From Leucoraja erinacea (lineage: Eukaryota), in NCBI RefSeq assembly GCF_028641065.1, contig NC_073386.1, positions 41,168,001 to 41,232,000 of the forward strand: a stretch of 64,000 nt of DNA, given 5' to 3'. The notes under the pieces are model-generated. The model was not told where the DNA came from, searched no databases, and worked only from the letters and a program-made list of their open reading frames with translations. The translations under genes were made by a program, and so were the position numbers. Of the stretch, positions 1 through 12,214 are shown piece by piece; positions within the stretch are counted from its first letter, which is position 1; every line of letters begins with the position of its first letter.

Positions 1-44
1 CTGTAAGAAAATACTTTTCGTTATGTTATCTCTGTAAAACGGCA

Positions 45-332
45 CTATGGCGGCAGGGGTAGAGTTGCTGCCATACAGCATCAAGAGACCCAGATTCAAT
101 CCTGACTACAGAAATTGTGCGTTCTCCCTGTGAGCGCATGTGCTACTCCCAGTGTTCCGGTTTCCTCCCACATTCCAAAGATGTACAGGTTTGTAAAGTT
201 AATTGGCTTTGGTAAGTTGCAAAATTGTTCCTATTATGTAGGGTAGTGCCAGTGTACTGGGTTGGTTGGCGCAGACTCAGTGGGCCAAAGGGCCTGTTTC
301 TACATTGTATCTGCAAAGTTAAAAGTAAAGTC
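45..332 (+). mobile_element. tRNA-derived V-SINE (HE1-like)
   Basis: tRNA-like head (ggtagagttgctgcc...gattcaatcctgacta), V core (ccggtttcctcccacattccaaagatgtacagg), CR1-like tail (gggccaaagggcctgtttc). Confidence 0.8.
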
Positions 333-1003
333 AAAAACATACTATTTTATGCCTCATTTTATCTACCTTGTTGATGGATTTTTGATATTAGAATCATGAC
401 AAATCATGGAATATGAGCTGGCATAGTTAAGTAAAGATCATCCAGCCTGCATCACGAAAGTATGGTGCACATGTATCATTATATTTTCTATCCCGCCTAA
501 AGCTATATGATCTTTTGAGAGAGGTATGAAAATAGTATTTGTTGGTCAAATTTAAGAGGAATATTCAGGGAATAACTCTAATGACTCTCCAAGATAATCC
601 ACGTTGTAAGTGGAACCCAGTTTCTTTACAAAGTAATCTCTGCCCCAGTCTAAACCAGGCCCATTTCTTCTATAACAAACAGAAGTGAATCTGAAACATA
701 CGTTTCCAGTTCATGCAAATTTCATGGAATTCTAGAACCTAGACCTGGCTTGAGACATGTTAAATTATGGGTGTTTTTAGTAATCCCTAACTAGTCATTC
801 TGTGTCTTACCAAAATCTTCGTGTTTTTACCTTTCGCATTCTGCTAATCTTCAACCTGAAACATCAACCCTTTCCACATAAGCTGCCTGACTAGCTAAAT
901 ATTTTCAGCATTTTCTGCTTTTATTTCAGAGACTGTGTCCTCATTGTCCACATTTAGACCATTAATATAGATAGTAAAGACTTTGGATATAGGCTGTCTT
1001 TTA

Positions 1004-1232
1004 TGGGCCTGTCCCACTTGGGCGATTTTTTTGGCGACTACAGACGACTGCCGCGAAATATTCACCATGTTGAAATATTTTCGGCGACAGTGGCGATAAT
1101 TTTTAATGTCATAGGTTGACATAGGTGTGGTCATAGGTGCTGTCGTAGGTTGTCGCCAGGTGTCGTAGGCGAATTCCATTAAAACTAGTCCCTGGCAGTC
1201 GCCTAAAGAGTCGCCTAATTGAGACAGGCCCA
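1004..1232. mobile_element. PIF/Harbinger-type MITE
   Basis: TIR TGGGCCTGTCCCACTT...AATTGAGACAGGCCCA; TTA TSD at 1001-1003 and 1233-1235. Confidence 0.8.
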
Positions 1233-1696
1233 TTACTGTTTGCTTTAGTCTGTCATTGTGGCATCTATCACTCCAAAGTCATTGTCCCAAACTATAAACT
1301 CTTAAATTTCACTCAAGGGATTTCTTAATGTTCTGCACAAACACTATGCCAATGGGCATAGTAAATGGAACAAAAAAAGCAGCTTCAATAAATATATATT
1401 TGAGTATTTATTTAAAAAATACTTGATTAATAAGAATCTTTGAAAAGTAGATTGATTCTTGTCAAAACTTGGTATGGTGGAAGCAGCACTGAAAAGAGAA
1501 AGATATAAGTAAAACTAGAAGAGTAGTACTCCATCTGCTGGTAAACTGAATATAGGTTAGAAGATTCCACTTTAATATATTAAACTGGTCTCAGCTGAGG
1601 GCAGCAGCAATGTGTTAAAAATCAGCTTAACTATATTGACTTTAATTCCCTTCCCAACTCGCTTATCAGCTTGAGGGGCCCATGAACAGGGCCAAA

Positions 1697-1994
1697 GGTA
1701 GATAATGTATATGTGGTTACACAAAAAAGCTGGAGAAACTCAGCGGGTGCAGTAAGCATCTATGGAGCGAAGGAAATAGGCAACGTTTCGGGCCGAAACC
1801 CTTCTTCAGACGGGTTTATGTGGTATATGTGGTACTAGGTTGTCTGTACAATTGAGGAATAGAGGGTTAGGGTTAGGGTAGATAATGTATATGTGGTACT
1901 AGGTTGTCTGTACGATTGAGGAATAGCGGGTTAGGGTTAGGGTAGATAATGTATATGTGGTACTAGGCTGTCTGTACGATTGAGGAATAGAGGG
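1697..1994. repeat. 64-bp tandem triplication with (TTAGGG)2 at the junctions; first copy interrupted by a Penelope terminal repeat (about 1718-1816)
   Basis: gtagataatgtatatgtggt starts at 1698, 1878 and 1942; gggttagggttaggg at 1864-1878 and 1928-1942. Confidence 0.85.
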
Positions 1995-2269
1995 TCTGTG
2001 ATGTCCTTATTGGGATACGGAGTTTGTAAGATGATAAAGGTTGGACATTCCAAGGAATCTAATTTTGAATGAGGTACAGACTCACTGGAAATTTAGTAAT
2101 TCAACATCTATTTCCATCCCAGAATTTTGAAGAAAGTCTTTTAGACGTATCTGTGTAAGGTGAATTGTCCATCTACATGCTCCTGTCAGGGAGAACTATT
2201 ATAGAAGGTAGAGAAGGAGCTCTGGGTGCTGCTCGGTACATATCTCTTTTTTAACTCAAAAGTTGCTTG

Positions 2270-3230
2270 AGTCATGTTTTGATGAGATAGCTAGGGAAAA
2301 TATTACCGGATTCTGATAAATGTCATTACATTTTTCAAGCGAAAAATGTTTCTGAGGATAGTGTAGTTGATGTTGTCTACATGGAGGTCTTTGACAAGGC
2401 ACCACATTGGATTTGCATCCAAAAGGTTAGAGCCCATGGAATCCAGGACAGTTTGGCAGATTGTATCTAAAAAAGGTGAAATTATAAGACGCCACAACGC
2501 AGAGATAGATGGTGAAGGGCTATTTTTATAATTGGAAGACTGACTAGTGATATACTATAGGCATCAGTGCTAGGACCTATGCTGGTTATTATATGTTAAT
2601 GATCTGGATTCAAATGTATGAAAATAATAGGATTGGTGATAATGAGGAGGATAATCTTCAGTTCTGGAATGAAAGGTTGATGAGTTGGTGAAACAGGTGG
2701 AGTTTTGTCCTCTAGAGTATTTGATGTTGCTTTTTAGTAAGATTAAAATGGTTAGAATATACAGAAAGGACCCTGGAAAGTACTGAGGAGTAGCTGGACC
2801 TTGATGGTAGTGTTCGAGGATCCCTGGATGTAGGTAAGGTGGTTCAGATAGCATGCTATATATAATCATACTTGCCTTTATTAGGCAGGAGAGAGAATAT
2901 AAGAGCAGGGAGATTAGGGTACACTCGTATAAAACAATAATTAGATCACAGAAACTGTATAAACTGGGTACAGGAGACTGATTGAAGTATGCAAAATTAG
3001 GAGGAGTATTAATAGAGTACATACTGAGAACCCTTTCCCCTCAGCAAAGGTGTCGGTGGCCTTTACAGGTAAACAATAGGAGATTGGGGGGGGAATTAAG
3101 GTAGAATCTTTTCACCCAAAGGGTGATTGAAATCTGGAACACATTGTCTGGGGAGATGGTGTAGCCCTGAAGTCTCAGAATGTTCAAGAAGAATTTGGAG
3201 TAGCATATGAAACATCATGGCACTGAAAAA
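2270..3230 (+). mobile_element. Decayed CR1 LINE, RT region and 3' end
   Basis: Degenerate VDVVYMD..FDKV, GIQG, QGSVLGP-like segments with many stops. Confidence 0.75.
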
Positions 3231-3254
3231 AGGATGCTGGACAAGAACTGGCAA

Positions 3255-3740
3255 GCCTTCTCCTCCCATAGAGTCAAGGTGAAAGATGTCGGCTACTCTG
3301 GGAGAGGAGGAGGAGACGGGAGTGACGGGGAGTGCAAAGCAACAGCCGACAGGAAGAAGCAGTAAATGGTGAGAGGAGAGGGTGCCCCACGGTTTGCGTC
3401 CTGTTTGCGGTGTCGGCCTGTGGAAAGCTCTGTCGACCAGGGGCTACAATGTGAGCTGCAACAACAGCAGTGGCAACCTTGTGGAAGATGCCAGTGACTC
3501 GGCTGGCTCTTGCTCTCCACCGCCTCCGTCGCTCTCACCCAGTGTCACACTAACAATGGCCAAAACTAGAAGAGCTACGAGCCCGGGTGACGCTTTTGTA
3601 CCTATGAAGTGGGTGGGAAACCTTTGCTATTCTCCTGTTGCAATAAGCAGGTTAATGGGAAAACGGTACCACCTATTGTGAATTGTTTATGTAAGTGCGA
3701 GTTTATATAACTCGCCTATTATGTAAATCAGGTGTGTCTG
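3255..3740. mobile_element. Possible Tc1/mariner (Tigger-like) non-autonomous remnant
   Basis: GC-rich body ending in repeated tatgtaa/ataact subterminal motifs and ...gtgtgtctg; only one end seen. Confidence 0.35.
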
Positions 3741-5427
3741 CATATTGTAACTTAAGAATATGGTGCGGTGAAATTGGATGGGATGCTTTTCAAATTAACT
3801 CATAGCTTCTTCAGATTGTGTACTGTTCAAGTAGAGTTGAGTTTATTGTCATATGCACGGATGGTAATATGTGGGGACGATGGAAAATTTGCTTGTAGCA
3901 GAATCACAGGCACATAGACTCGTACAACGCACAAAAACATACATTATGCATAAATTATACATACTTTATCCAAGGCAGTGAAAAGGAAAAGATTGCAAAA
4001 AACAAAACATTTGTGCAATAATACACAATTAAAAATCAAGTCCACGAGAGTGCAAGAGATGGTCTGTTGTGTTCCATTGTTGAAGTAACATTGGGGTTGT
4101 ACGGCTTGGTTTAAGAACCTGATAGTTGTAGGAACCTGATAGTTGTCTTACATTTAATCCATTAATTTCCTCCTTAGAAAGCGAATATGTCTGCTTATTT
4201 TCTCATCAAGTATATTGTGTGTCCCCAGGAGTTTGATGGCTCTTGCAGTAGCTGTTCTTCCTGAGTGGCTCTAGTTAACAAGTGTTAAACTGCTAGAGAA
4301 CTAAGTTTCCAGAATTAGTACTCTACTGCTATTTGGTAACATAAAATATGTGAGCTATGTATCAGTGTTCAAGAGTTCTCTGTGCCAAGAGCTTTCTTCG
4401 TACCATCAAGTGCTGCACATTACAGAATTTACGCTGAATTTCCTTTTCAACGTTCTTTTACCTGACAGATATTTTAAGGACCAAGATGTGTCATGTGTTA
4501 CTTGGAAATATTCATATCATGAACTATGGCCAGACAGAACCTGATATAATTAATGTTCCATACTTTAGCTGGGTTTCCTCTCATTTCATCAAAAAACCTT
4601 GGAACAGGAAGGTGGCTGATGGTTTTGTTGGTGGTTGTGTTGCTGCGCCATTTAACCAGAAGGGAGCAACACAGATTTTAAAAACTGCCAGGTATGAATG
4701 TCTGAATGGTAGCATTTTCACCTGTTTGAATTAATGAAATGTAGATTCAAGACTTGCTCAGGATCTTTTGTGTAAATATTCTTGTAACTTTTCAGACTCC
4801 ACTACAAGAGTGTCAGCAGGAACCTGTTTACTTCGATAATCTGTGAACTAATACCGGAGCAGGGAATGCTCTGAGGAAATACACACACGCAGCTATGCTA
4901 GTCAAGAACAATTTTCCAAATTAAACTTTAAAGCAAACAGTTGAATGTAAAAGATACCATTGCATTAATGGAAGTTCTCCAATTCAAGTTAACATTTATC
5001 CTCAACTAACACCATATTTTCCAAATTGAAGATACGAGAAACTGCAGATGCTAGAATCACGAGTATAAAAACAAACTGCTTGAATTAACTCAACAGGTCA
5101 GGTAACATCTGTGGAGGGTATAGACAGATGATGTTTCGGGTCAGGACCTTTCTTCAAACTAATGGAGTAGTGGGGAGAAAGCTGAGAAAGAGAGGTGATG
5201 GTATGGCCATATCAACCTTTCAGTCCTTTGCCTCCTCCATTGCAAAGGGAAGGCCACGCACAAACTGGAAGAACATCGAACAATACAGCACAAGAACAGG
5301 CTCTTCGACCCACAATGCCTCCGCCAAACATGATGCCAAGACCAACTTTTCTTTGCATGCACATAATCCATATTCCTCTATTCCCTGCATATGCATGTGT
5401 GCCTATCTAAAGGTCTGTTAAATGCAA

Positions 5428-5461
5428 CTATTCAATTCAATTCAATTCAATTTCAATTCAA
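5428..5461. repeat. (ATTCA)n microsatellite, tail of a minus-strand LINE
   Basis: attcaattcaattcaattcaatttcaattca followed by actttattgtc. Confidence 0.8.
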
Positions 5462-6150
5462 CTTTATTGTCATTGCACAAATACGAGTATAGGTACAACG
5501 AAATGCAGTTTAGCGTCTGGTCATAGTGCAAGATAGTAGAAGTAAAAATAAAAATACAAAATAAGCATACAATTAAAAAAAAAATACTGGTTAACAATGT
5601 GTGGATTGTGGATGAATTAAAACTGGTACATAGGCAAATAACTGTATACAAATGGGAGAGTCTAAAGATAGCTAGCGACGGGTCTCTGAGTTCAGCAGTG
5701 TAATGGTGTTGTTGAAAAAACTGTTCCTCAGCCTGCTTGTGCGAGACCTGAGGCTCCTGTTCCGCCTCCCTGATGGGAGGAGGGCAAACAGTCCATGGTT
5801 AGGGTGAGAGGGGTCTGCATCTGCATCCACAGTCTACTTATCTATGCCTCTCAAAATGTTGTGCAGTGTTCAAGAGCCCGATAGCTGCTGAGTACAGCTG
5901 TTCTTGAATCTTTTCCGGGTACCTATACCATCTTCCCAATGGTAGTGCAAAATTGGAGCGTGGCCAGGGTGGTGTGGATCTTTGGTAATATTGGCTTGGC
6001 ATTTTGTAGCTCAGTTCAGTATTAGGGAGAACAGTACTTGTGATGGACCGAACAATGTCTACCAACCTCTATAGCCTTCTTCGTTCCTGCGCTTTCAAGT
6101 TGCTGAACTAGACTGCGATGCAACCAGTCAACTTGCTCTCGACCATAAAA
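5462..6150 (-). mobile_element. Rex1/Babar-like LINE 3' fragments
   Basis: Minus strand has LPSGRR.RS...RTSRL.NSF-like C-terminal signature (5700-5815), with a second decayed piece after it. Confidence 0.6.
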
Positions 6151-6809
6151 GGATTTCAGAATAATAAGGCATTGCTACCAAAGCAAAAATGATTTGGCTG
6201 ATGTTGGATTGAGCAGTGACATTTACTCTGAACTACTTTTCTCCATGACACTCTCATACAAGAGGGATATAGCTACCAATCCTCTCCCACATACGAAACA
6301 TGGATGTTGAGCAACAAAATGCCCACAGTCAAAGAGCCTGTCAATGATTATTGTCAATGATTATTATTTAATTGTGCATTTATTTGGCATGGATTCTGGC
6401 TATTCGGACAAACTGAAGATCCCTGTAGAGTCATATCAAAACCTGACTCGGCAATGGCTGTTTACCAAACAAGAATGAATGAAGAGGAAAGAAAGCAAGG
6501 AGGTCATGGCTGCTGGCTTTCATTGCTCCCAATAATTGCAAGCATGACAAATAACTGCAATTGAAAATTACAAATGGCAGCATTAGAGTGAAGGTGGTTG
6601 TCTTGGCATGCAGTAGAGATTTCTAACAGTTCACTTAAGCTAACTACAGTACAAACTGAGCATGCTAAAAAAAAATGGTCAGTAGCTTGTGGTTTGTGTT
6701 TTGCATACTGTGAGATATTGGTTGAGGTTAACCAACACCTACTAAACATTTTAGACACAAAGTACAGGAGTACCTTGGCGGGTCAGCCAGCATCCCTGAA
6801 GAAAATGGA

Positions 6810-7075
6810 TAATAATAAAAATAATAAATGTTATTTAATGGGCGCCTTTCACACATCTCAAGGACACCTTACATAGTAATCGGAATAAAAACATATAATC
6901 GGAATAAAACAAGTAATAAAGACATCACAGAGACACAAATTAAAAACAGAATTCAATCCAAAAACAGAAAATCAAAAACACAGTGTGAAGAGAGAGCAGC
7001 GGCAGCCAAAGCGCGCCAGCGTCCACTCTCACTTCACGGCAGCCATCTTGGACACAGACCTACAGGACTACAATT
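6810..7075 (-). mobile_element. 3' part of the same L2-tailed non-autonomous element as 18270-19276
   Basis: Reverse complement of 6990-7058 matches 19025-19097; shared tail gtaaggtgtccttgag...gaaaggcgccc...tattatt. Confidence 0.75.
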
Positions 7076-7489
7076 AGACCAAAAAAATAAAAAAAATAAA
7101 AAAATAAAAATTTAATCTATGAAATCTGAATAAGGAAACATCACCTATCCATTTTTTCCAGTGATGCTGCCTGACTGCTGAACTACTCCAGCACATTGTG
7201 TCTATCTTTGGCATAAATCAGCACCTGCAGTCTTTTGTTATTATTTGCTAATGCTTATTCTATTCAATGAAGATTGACAGCACAATTGAAATAAGTCATT
7301 TAAATTATGTAATGCTTTCCCCCACCTCTGGTTTAAAGCTTTGGAGTTAATAATTTAGAGTTAATAATATCTGTTAAGGAAAAGTGTTGCAACCATTTTA
7401 CATACATGTAGTTTTACAGTCATCAGAACATTGACCTATTAAACTTTTCCATTTGTTTTGGTTGAAGGAAAGATTTTGGCCAGGGCACA

Positions 7490-8172
7490 GAAACCGCAGA
7501 GACTGTTCCCTCCGTAACTCCCTGGTCAATTCGTCCCTTCCCACCCAAACCACCCCCTCCCCTGGTACTTTCCCTTGCAACCACAGGATATGCTACACTT
7601 GTTGCTTTAGCTCCCCCCTTGACTCCATCCAAGGACCCAAGCAGTCTTTCCAGATGCGGCAGAGGTTCACCTGCACCTCCTCCAACCTTATCTATTGCAT
7701 CCACTGCTCTAGGTGTCAGCTGCTCTACATTGGTGAGACCAAGCAGAGGCTTGGCGATCGCTTCGCCCAACACCTTTGCTCAGTTCGCAATGACCAACCT
7801 GATCTCCCGGTGGCTCAGCACTTCAACCCCCCTCCCATTCTGAATCCAACCTTTCTGTCCTGGGTCACCTCCATGGCCAGAGTGAGTCCCACTGTAAATT
7901 GGAGGAGCAGCACCTCATATTTCACTTGGGTAGTTTACAACCCAGCGGAATGAACATTGACTTCTCCAATTTCAGGTAGTCCTTGCCTTCTCCCTTTTTC
8001 CCCTCCCCTTCCCAGCTCTCCCACAGCCCACTGCCTCCACCTCTTCCTTTCTTCTTCCTGCCCCCACCACCCCCACATCAGTGTGAAGAAGGGTCTCGAC
8101 CCGAAACGTCACCTATTCCTTCGCTCCATAGATGCTGCCTCACCTGCTGAGTTTTCCAGCATTTTTATCTAC
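7490..8172 (+). mobile_element. Penelope-like element 3' fragment: Cys-rich linker, GIY-YIG endonuclease, terminal repeat
   Basis: ORF 7453-7953 PGTFPCNHRICYTC...NLIYCIHCSRCQLLYIGETKQRLGDRFAQH...VAQHFN; the CxxxCxxC linker suggests the Neptune-like group; terminal repeat at 8078-8172. Confidence 0.9.
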
Positions 8173-9988
8173 ATCCTTTCCTTTAATTATTTTTTAGATT
8201 CACCTGAAAGAGCAACAATATTTCAAGCTGGCGTTTCTATCCTTCCAGTATCAGAAAATATAAGCCTTTGGAGTGAAAATTAGTGCTGGAATGTACAGTC
8301 CCCGCTCTTGATCCCTTTTCTTTTTTACCCAAAGGCACTGCGGGATTATGAAATTAGTTCTGTATTTGGCAGCAGATGCAGAGGAAATATATTGGATTAT
8401 AAGAAACATTCAGGGATTCTGCAACAAAGAAATAAAACTGGTATACTACTGGGATCTTTTATAAATGTAAATATCAGTTTAGTTATTAACTTTCACAACA
8501 TTAAAGTGACTGTGGTTGGGCATGATAAGCTCATATCTACTGGAGCAATCTTTAAGAAGCTGGAAAATACAAATTAAAGAGAAAGGTTTCTCTTGGATGT
8601 AATTTTTCAAACACCTCATAAGTGTTACTTGGTTTACCAATTTGCATTGCTAAATTGAGTTTTCATTTTTTCCAAAAATTGTGACTTTATTTTAAAGCAA
8701 TGCAATTTATTAAACATTTATGAACATATTAGAAAGAAGCTTTATGAAAGCCATCCTGGCATATCTTTGACACCTTCAAAATCAGCTCAATTGAAAAATA
8801 TAATAGTGACCCCTCTGCAACATTTTGCAATATTAACTGTCCATTGCGTGATGTTGGCTTGTAAATGAACACCAATTTCCAGTAACTAGCTGCTTAATCC
8901 AAAGTGATGCAGAATAAAGAGGCTGTTCCTTGCCTGAACATAATTGACTGCTACTTTGATGTGAACTCTCTCAATTTCCAGTTTTTAGTTTCTCTCCAGT
9001 ATCTTTAAATATGTTGTTGACTCGCAACTCTGTGCCAGTTTTGCTATAATTCCTATAATTCATTATTTAAATATATCTGGCTACCCTTCTCGCAACAACA
9101 GCACGAAAACAGCCCTATTCAAATTCACAAAATTATTTTGATTTGACACTCTATGGTACATTCTCCCTCATTGTCATCTTTGCAACTTAAAGTTTAAGCA
9201 GGAGCAAGGAACAATACATCTTGCTTCCTATGTGTTGATCTCACTCCCAACCTCCTCTATTGTTTAGCTCTGTGGAACAGCCTTGCTTGGTTTCACTTTT
9301 GTTATATCAATCACAGGCAGGTCATCTCCTGAAATGGTTTCCTATTCCAACCATATATCATTGCCTCTTCAAAGTCTTTCCTTAATCTCTTCCTTATCCC
9401 CTTTTTTGTATACTGGCCTTTGACACAGCCATTAGATAAGAGGTCAGCTGTCATATGTATTGATGCTGTCCATCACCACTTCTTCACATCTATGCTTCTG
9501 TGCACCCAGGTGACTTGAAAAATCCCCCGGATGTGCATTGAAGAGAGCAAAAGTGCAGGTCCTATCGCAAGATCCATAATTATCAAATCAATTGCATTCT
9601 ATACATATAGCTGACCTGGACCATTTGTAATCTTAGCATATTGAGCTAAATTGTATACAGAATAATATATACAAAAATATTAAGATCTAAATATAAAATG
9701 AATAATTAGTATCATAGTCATAAAGCACGGAAACAGGCCATTTTTAACCCAACTTGTCTATGTCAACCATGTGCCCATCTAAGCTACTCCCATTTCCTGC
9801 CTTTGACCAACTCCCTCTAAAACATTCCTATCCATGTAGCTCTCCAAAATGTATTTTGAAAAGATGTTAATGTACACCTTAATCACCTTGTTTAGCAGTT
9901 CATTCTGTAAACATACAATTTATTCTTACTATTTTTTAAAATTAAATATCTTAATATTATAAATTATAAGAGCAAATACTATTTACTA

Positions 9989-10768
9989 CCTGCCCACTTT
10001 GCTCTGGAAGAGGATCATTAGACCATCTCAGCAGCTGCCTAAAGTCCCTTGGTGAAGGTCGCTATCGGTGGCGCCATGACCAGGTGCTCAGGGTGGTTGC
10101 AGAGAGCATAGTCACTGCCATCAGTAACAGCAAACACCACCACGCCCCAAAGAAATTAATCACTTTGTCAAAGCTGGTGAGAAGCCTCGACCACAACTTA
10201 AAACAAGGACGGGCCTCCTCCACACAGCCACTGGCTGACAGCTGCACGTCGATCTGGGCAAACAGCTGAAATTTCCACAGCAACATCACTCTGGCCAGAC
10301 ATGATCATCGCCTCCGAAGTGACAAAGCAGCTGATCATTCTGGAGCTGACAGTTCCCTGGGAAGAGCGTATTGAAGAGGCTAACAAGAGGAAACGCGCAA
10401 AGTACCAGGAACTGGTGGAGATGTGCCAGGACAGCAGCTGGAAGACATACTATGAGCCCATAGAGGTGGGCTGTAGAGGCTTTGCAGAACGCTCACTGTG
10501 CAAAGTCCTCAACCAGTTGAACATTACGGGCTGGCAAAGAAGAGGGCTATTCAATCCGCAAGCGAATCCACAGAGAAAGCCACTAGGTGGCTTTGGATTA
10601 AGAGGACTGATCCGTGGGCGGTTGCTGCTGGGACACAAGTCTGGGTCTGATCAGCCCCGACTGGGTCGCCTCGGCGACGGTGTCTGATGTTGTGAGACCC
10701 AAAACACCCGATGACCCCAAGTTGCATCACTGAGGGTATGTCCCAGCGCATCTAGAAGATGTATCTTT
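9989..10768 (+). mobile_element. 5'-truncated RLE-type non-LTR retrotransposon (HERO-like)
   Basis: Zn knuckle CPLC...H....C, RYRWRHDQVL, then PDMII...ELTVPWEE...KRAKY...IEVGCRGF restriction-like endonuclease; frameshifted. Confidence 0.85.
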
Positions 10769-11179
10769 CACACAGTTTATGGAGCTCATTTAAGGTATAT
10801 TATTCCCAAACATTTGAGAAAAAACACTGCTGGAAAAGTTAGTCAGCATCTGTGGAAGTTAATGAACATATAATGAATTAATTCCCTCCACAGCTGCCTT
10901 CCTTCCTTTCAAATGTCTCAAATGAAGTTTGTGCTCCTGAGGACACTTCCAGGAAAGAGGTTATAATTGACACTATAGACAAGAAAATTATGATGGATCG
11001 GTGGGAATGAATTATGATTAAGATCACATGGCATCTGTCATACAGGCTTACCCCTTGTGACACATGATGTAATTGAATCGCACTCTACATCAGCTTTATG
11101 GCACACCCATCAATGTCTAATTCTGTTTGGAATTAGAAATGTCATCCTAATCTGTTAAATGGAAGAGGACATTTTAAGA

Positions 11180-11940
11180 CCATAAGAATTGACAACAGAT
11201 GTATTTCATTTAGCGTCTCAATCCTGCTCCGCCAATGAATCGATCACAGTTAATCTGACACCTCTTCTCCACTTCCCTGTTCTTTCCCTATAACCATGTA
11301 TTCCTTTACTAATTGTAAATCTATCTGTCTCAAATGTACAAAAGCACTCTCCATTCATATCTCGCTCTGGCAAAGGGTTCCCAAGAGTCACTATCCTCTG
11401 ATGCTCCTCAATTTTCAATGGGGATCTCCATCCCATGGTTTTGAAACCATGGCTTCTGATTCTGGAAACGTCCTCTCAGCATTTAACCTCTCTAGTTCCC
11501 TGAGGATATACATTTAAGTAAGTTTGCCTCATTCTTCTATACTCCATTGATTACACCCACATCCTGTTCAAGCTTTCCTCTTAGGATAATCCCTCCATAC
11601 CTGGAATCATCCTAGTGGACCCTTTCTGAAATGCCATCAGTAAAATAATAGCTTTACTGAAGGGCCAATGCAAATTATTTGGAGTACTCAAGACATGGTC
11701 TCACTGTTGCCTTGTGCAAATGTAGTCAGAATTCCCCTTTCCACTCCAGGTTTCCTTGAAATACAGGTCAATATCGCTATTGCATCCTGCAATTACAATA
11801 TTCTGTGTTTCATGCACAAGGACCCATAACATTCATTTGTGCTACAGTTTGCTGCAATTTTATTCTCTATTTAAATAATACTATTCTTTTGTTCTTCATT
11901 CCAAATTATATGACTTTACATTTTCCCAATAACCTGGCCA
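11180..11940 (-). mobile_element. Decayed CR1 LINE 3' end
   Basis: Reverse complement of CR1 RT C-terminus and 3' UTR. Confidence 0.65.
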
Positions 11941-12214
11941 CTGCCATTTTCAATATTACAAGATAGCTATAAATGACAGAATATGTTTCTGCCTCTTAGC
12001 TTGTCTGCCAGGAGTGAAAGACCACAATTTCCAACATTTTGTCATTTACTGTTTTTTTAAAAATCTTGGATTGTTACTAGCACTTATTCAGCCACTCATT
12101 CTAAGTCACACTTTAAACCAGAATGTCTTCCTGATTTCTACCCTAAATTTTACTTTCATCTATACCTCCTGTTCTATTGAAATAACACAGCATGAAGCTT
12201 TGAATTAACTTCAT

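Noticed and set aside
45-125. tRNA gene
   Set aside because: tRNA-derived SINE head that continues into the V core and LINE tail; same at 31660-31743 and 60908-60965.
1820-1994. CRISPR-like array or true telomere
   Set aside because: Units are near-identical with no unique spacers, there are only two TTAGGG per junction, and the context is a vertebrate intron.
7453-7953. GIY-YIG nuclease as a host gene
   Set aside because: Frameshifted Penelope fragment with several decayed homologues in the window.
10679-10710. Hammerhead in the HERO 3' UTR (CTGATG...AAAC)
   Set aside because: The core reads CTGATGT rather than CTGANGA, there is no GAAA, and the helix topology does not fit.
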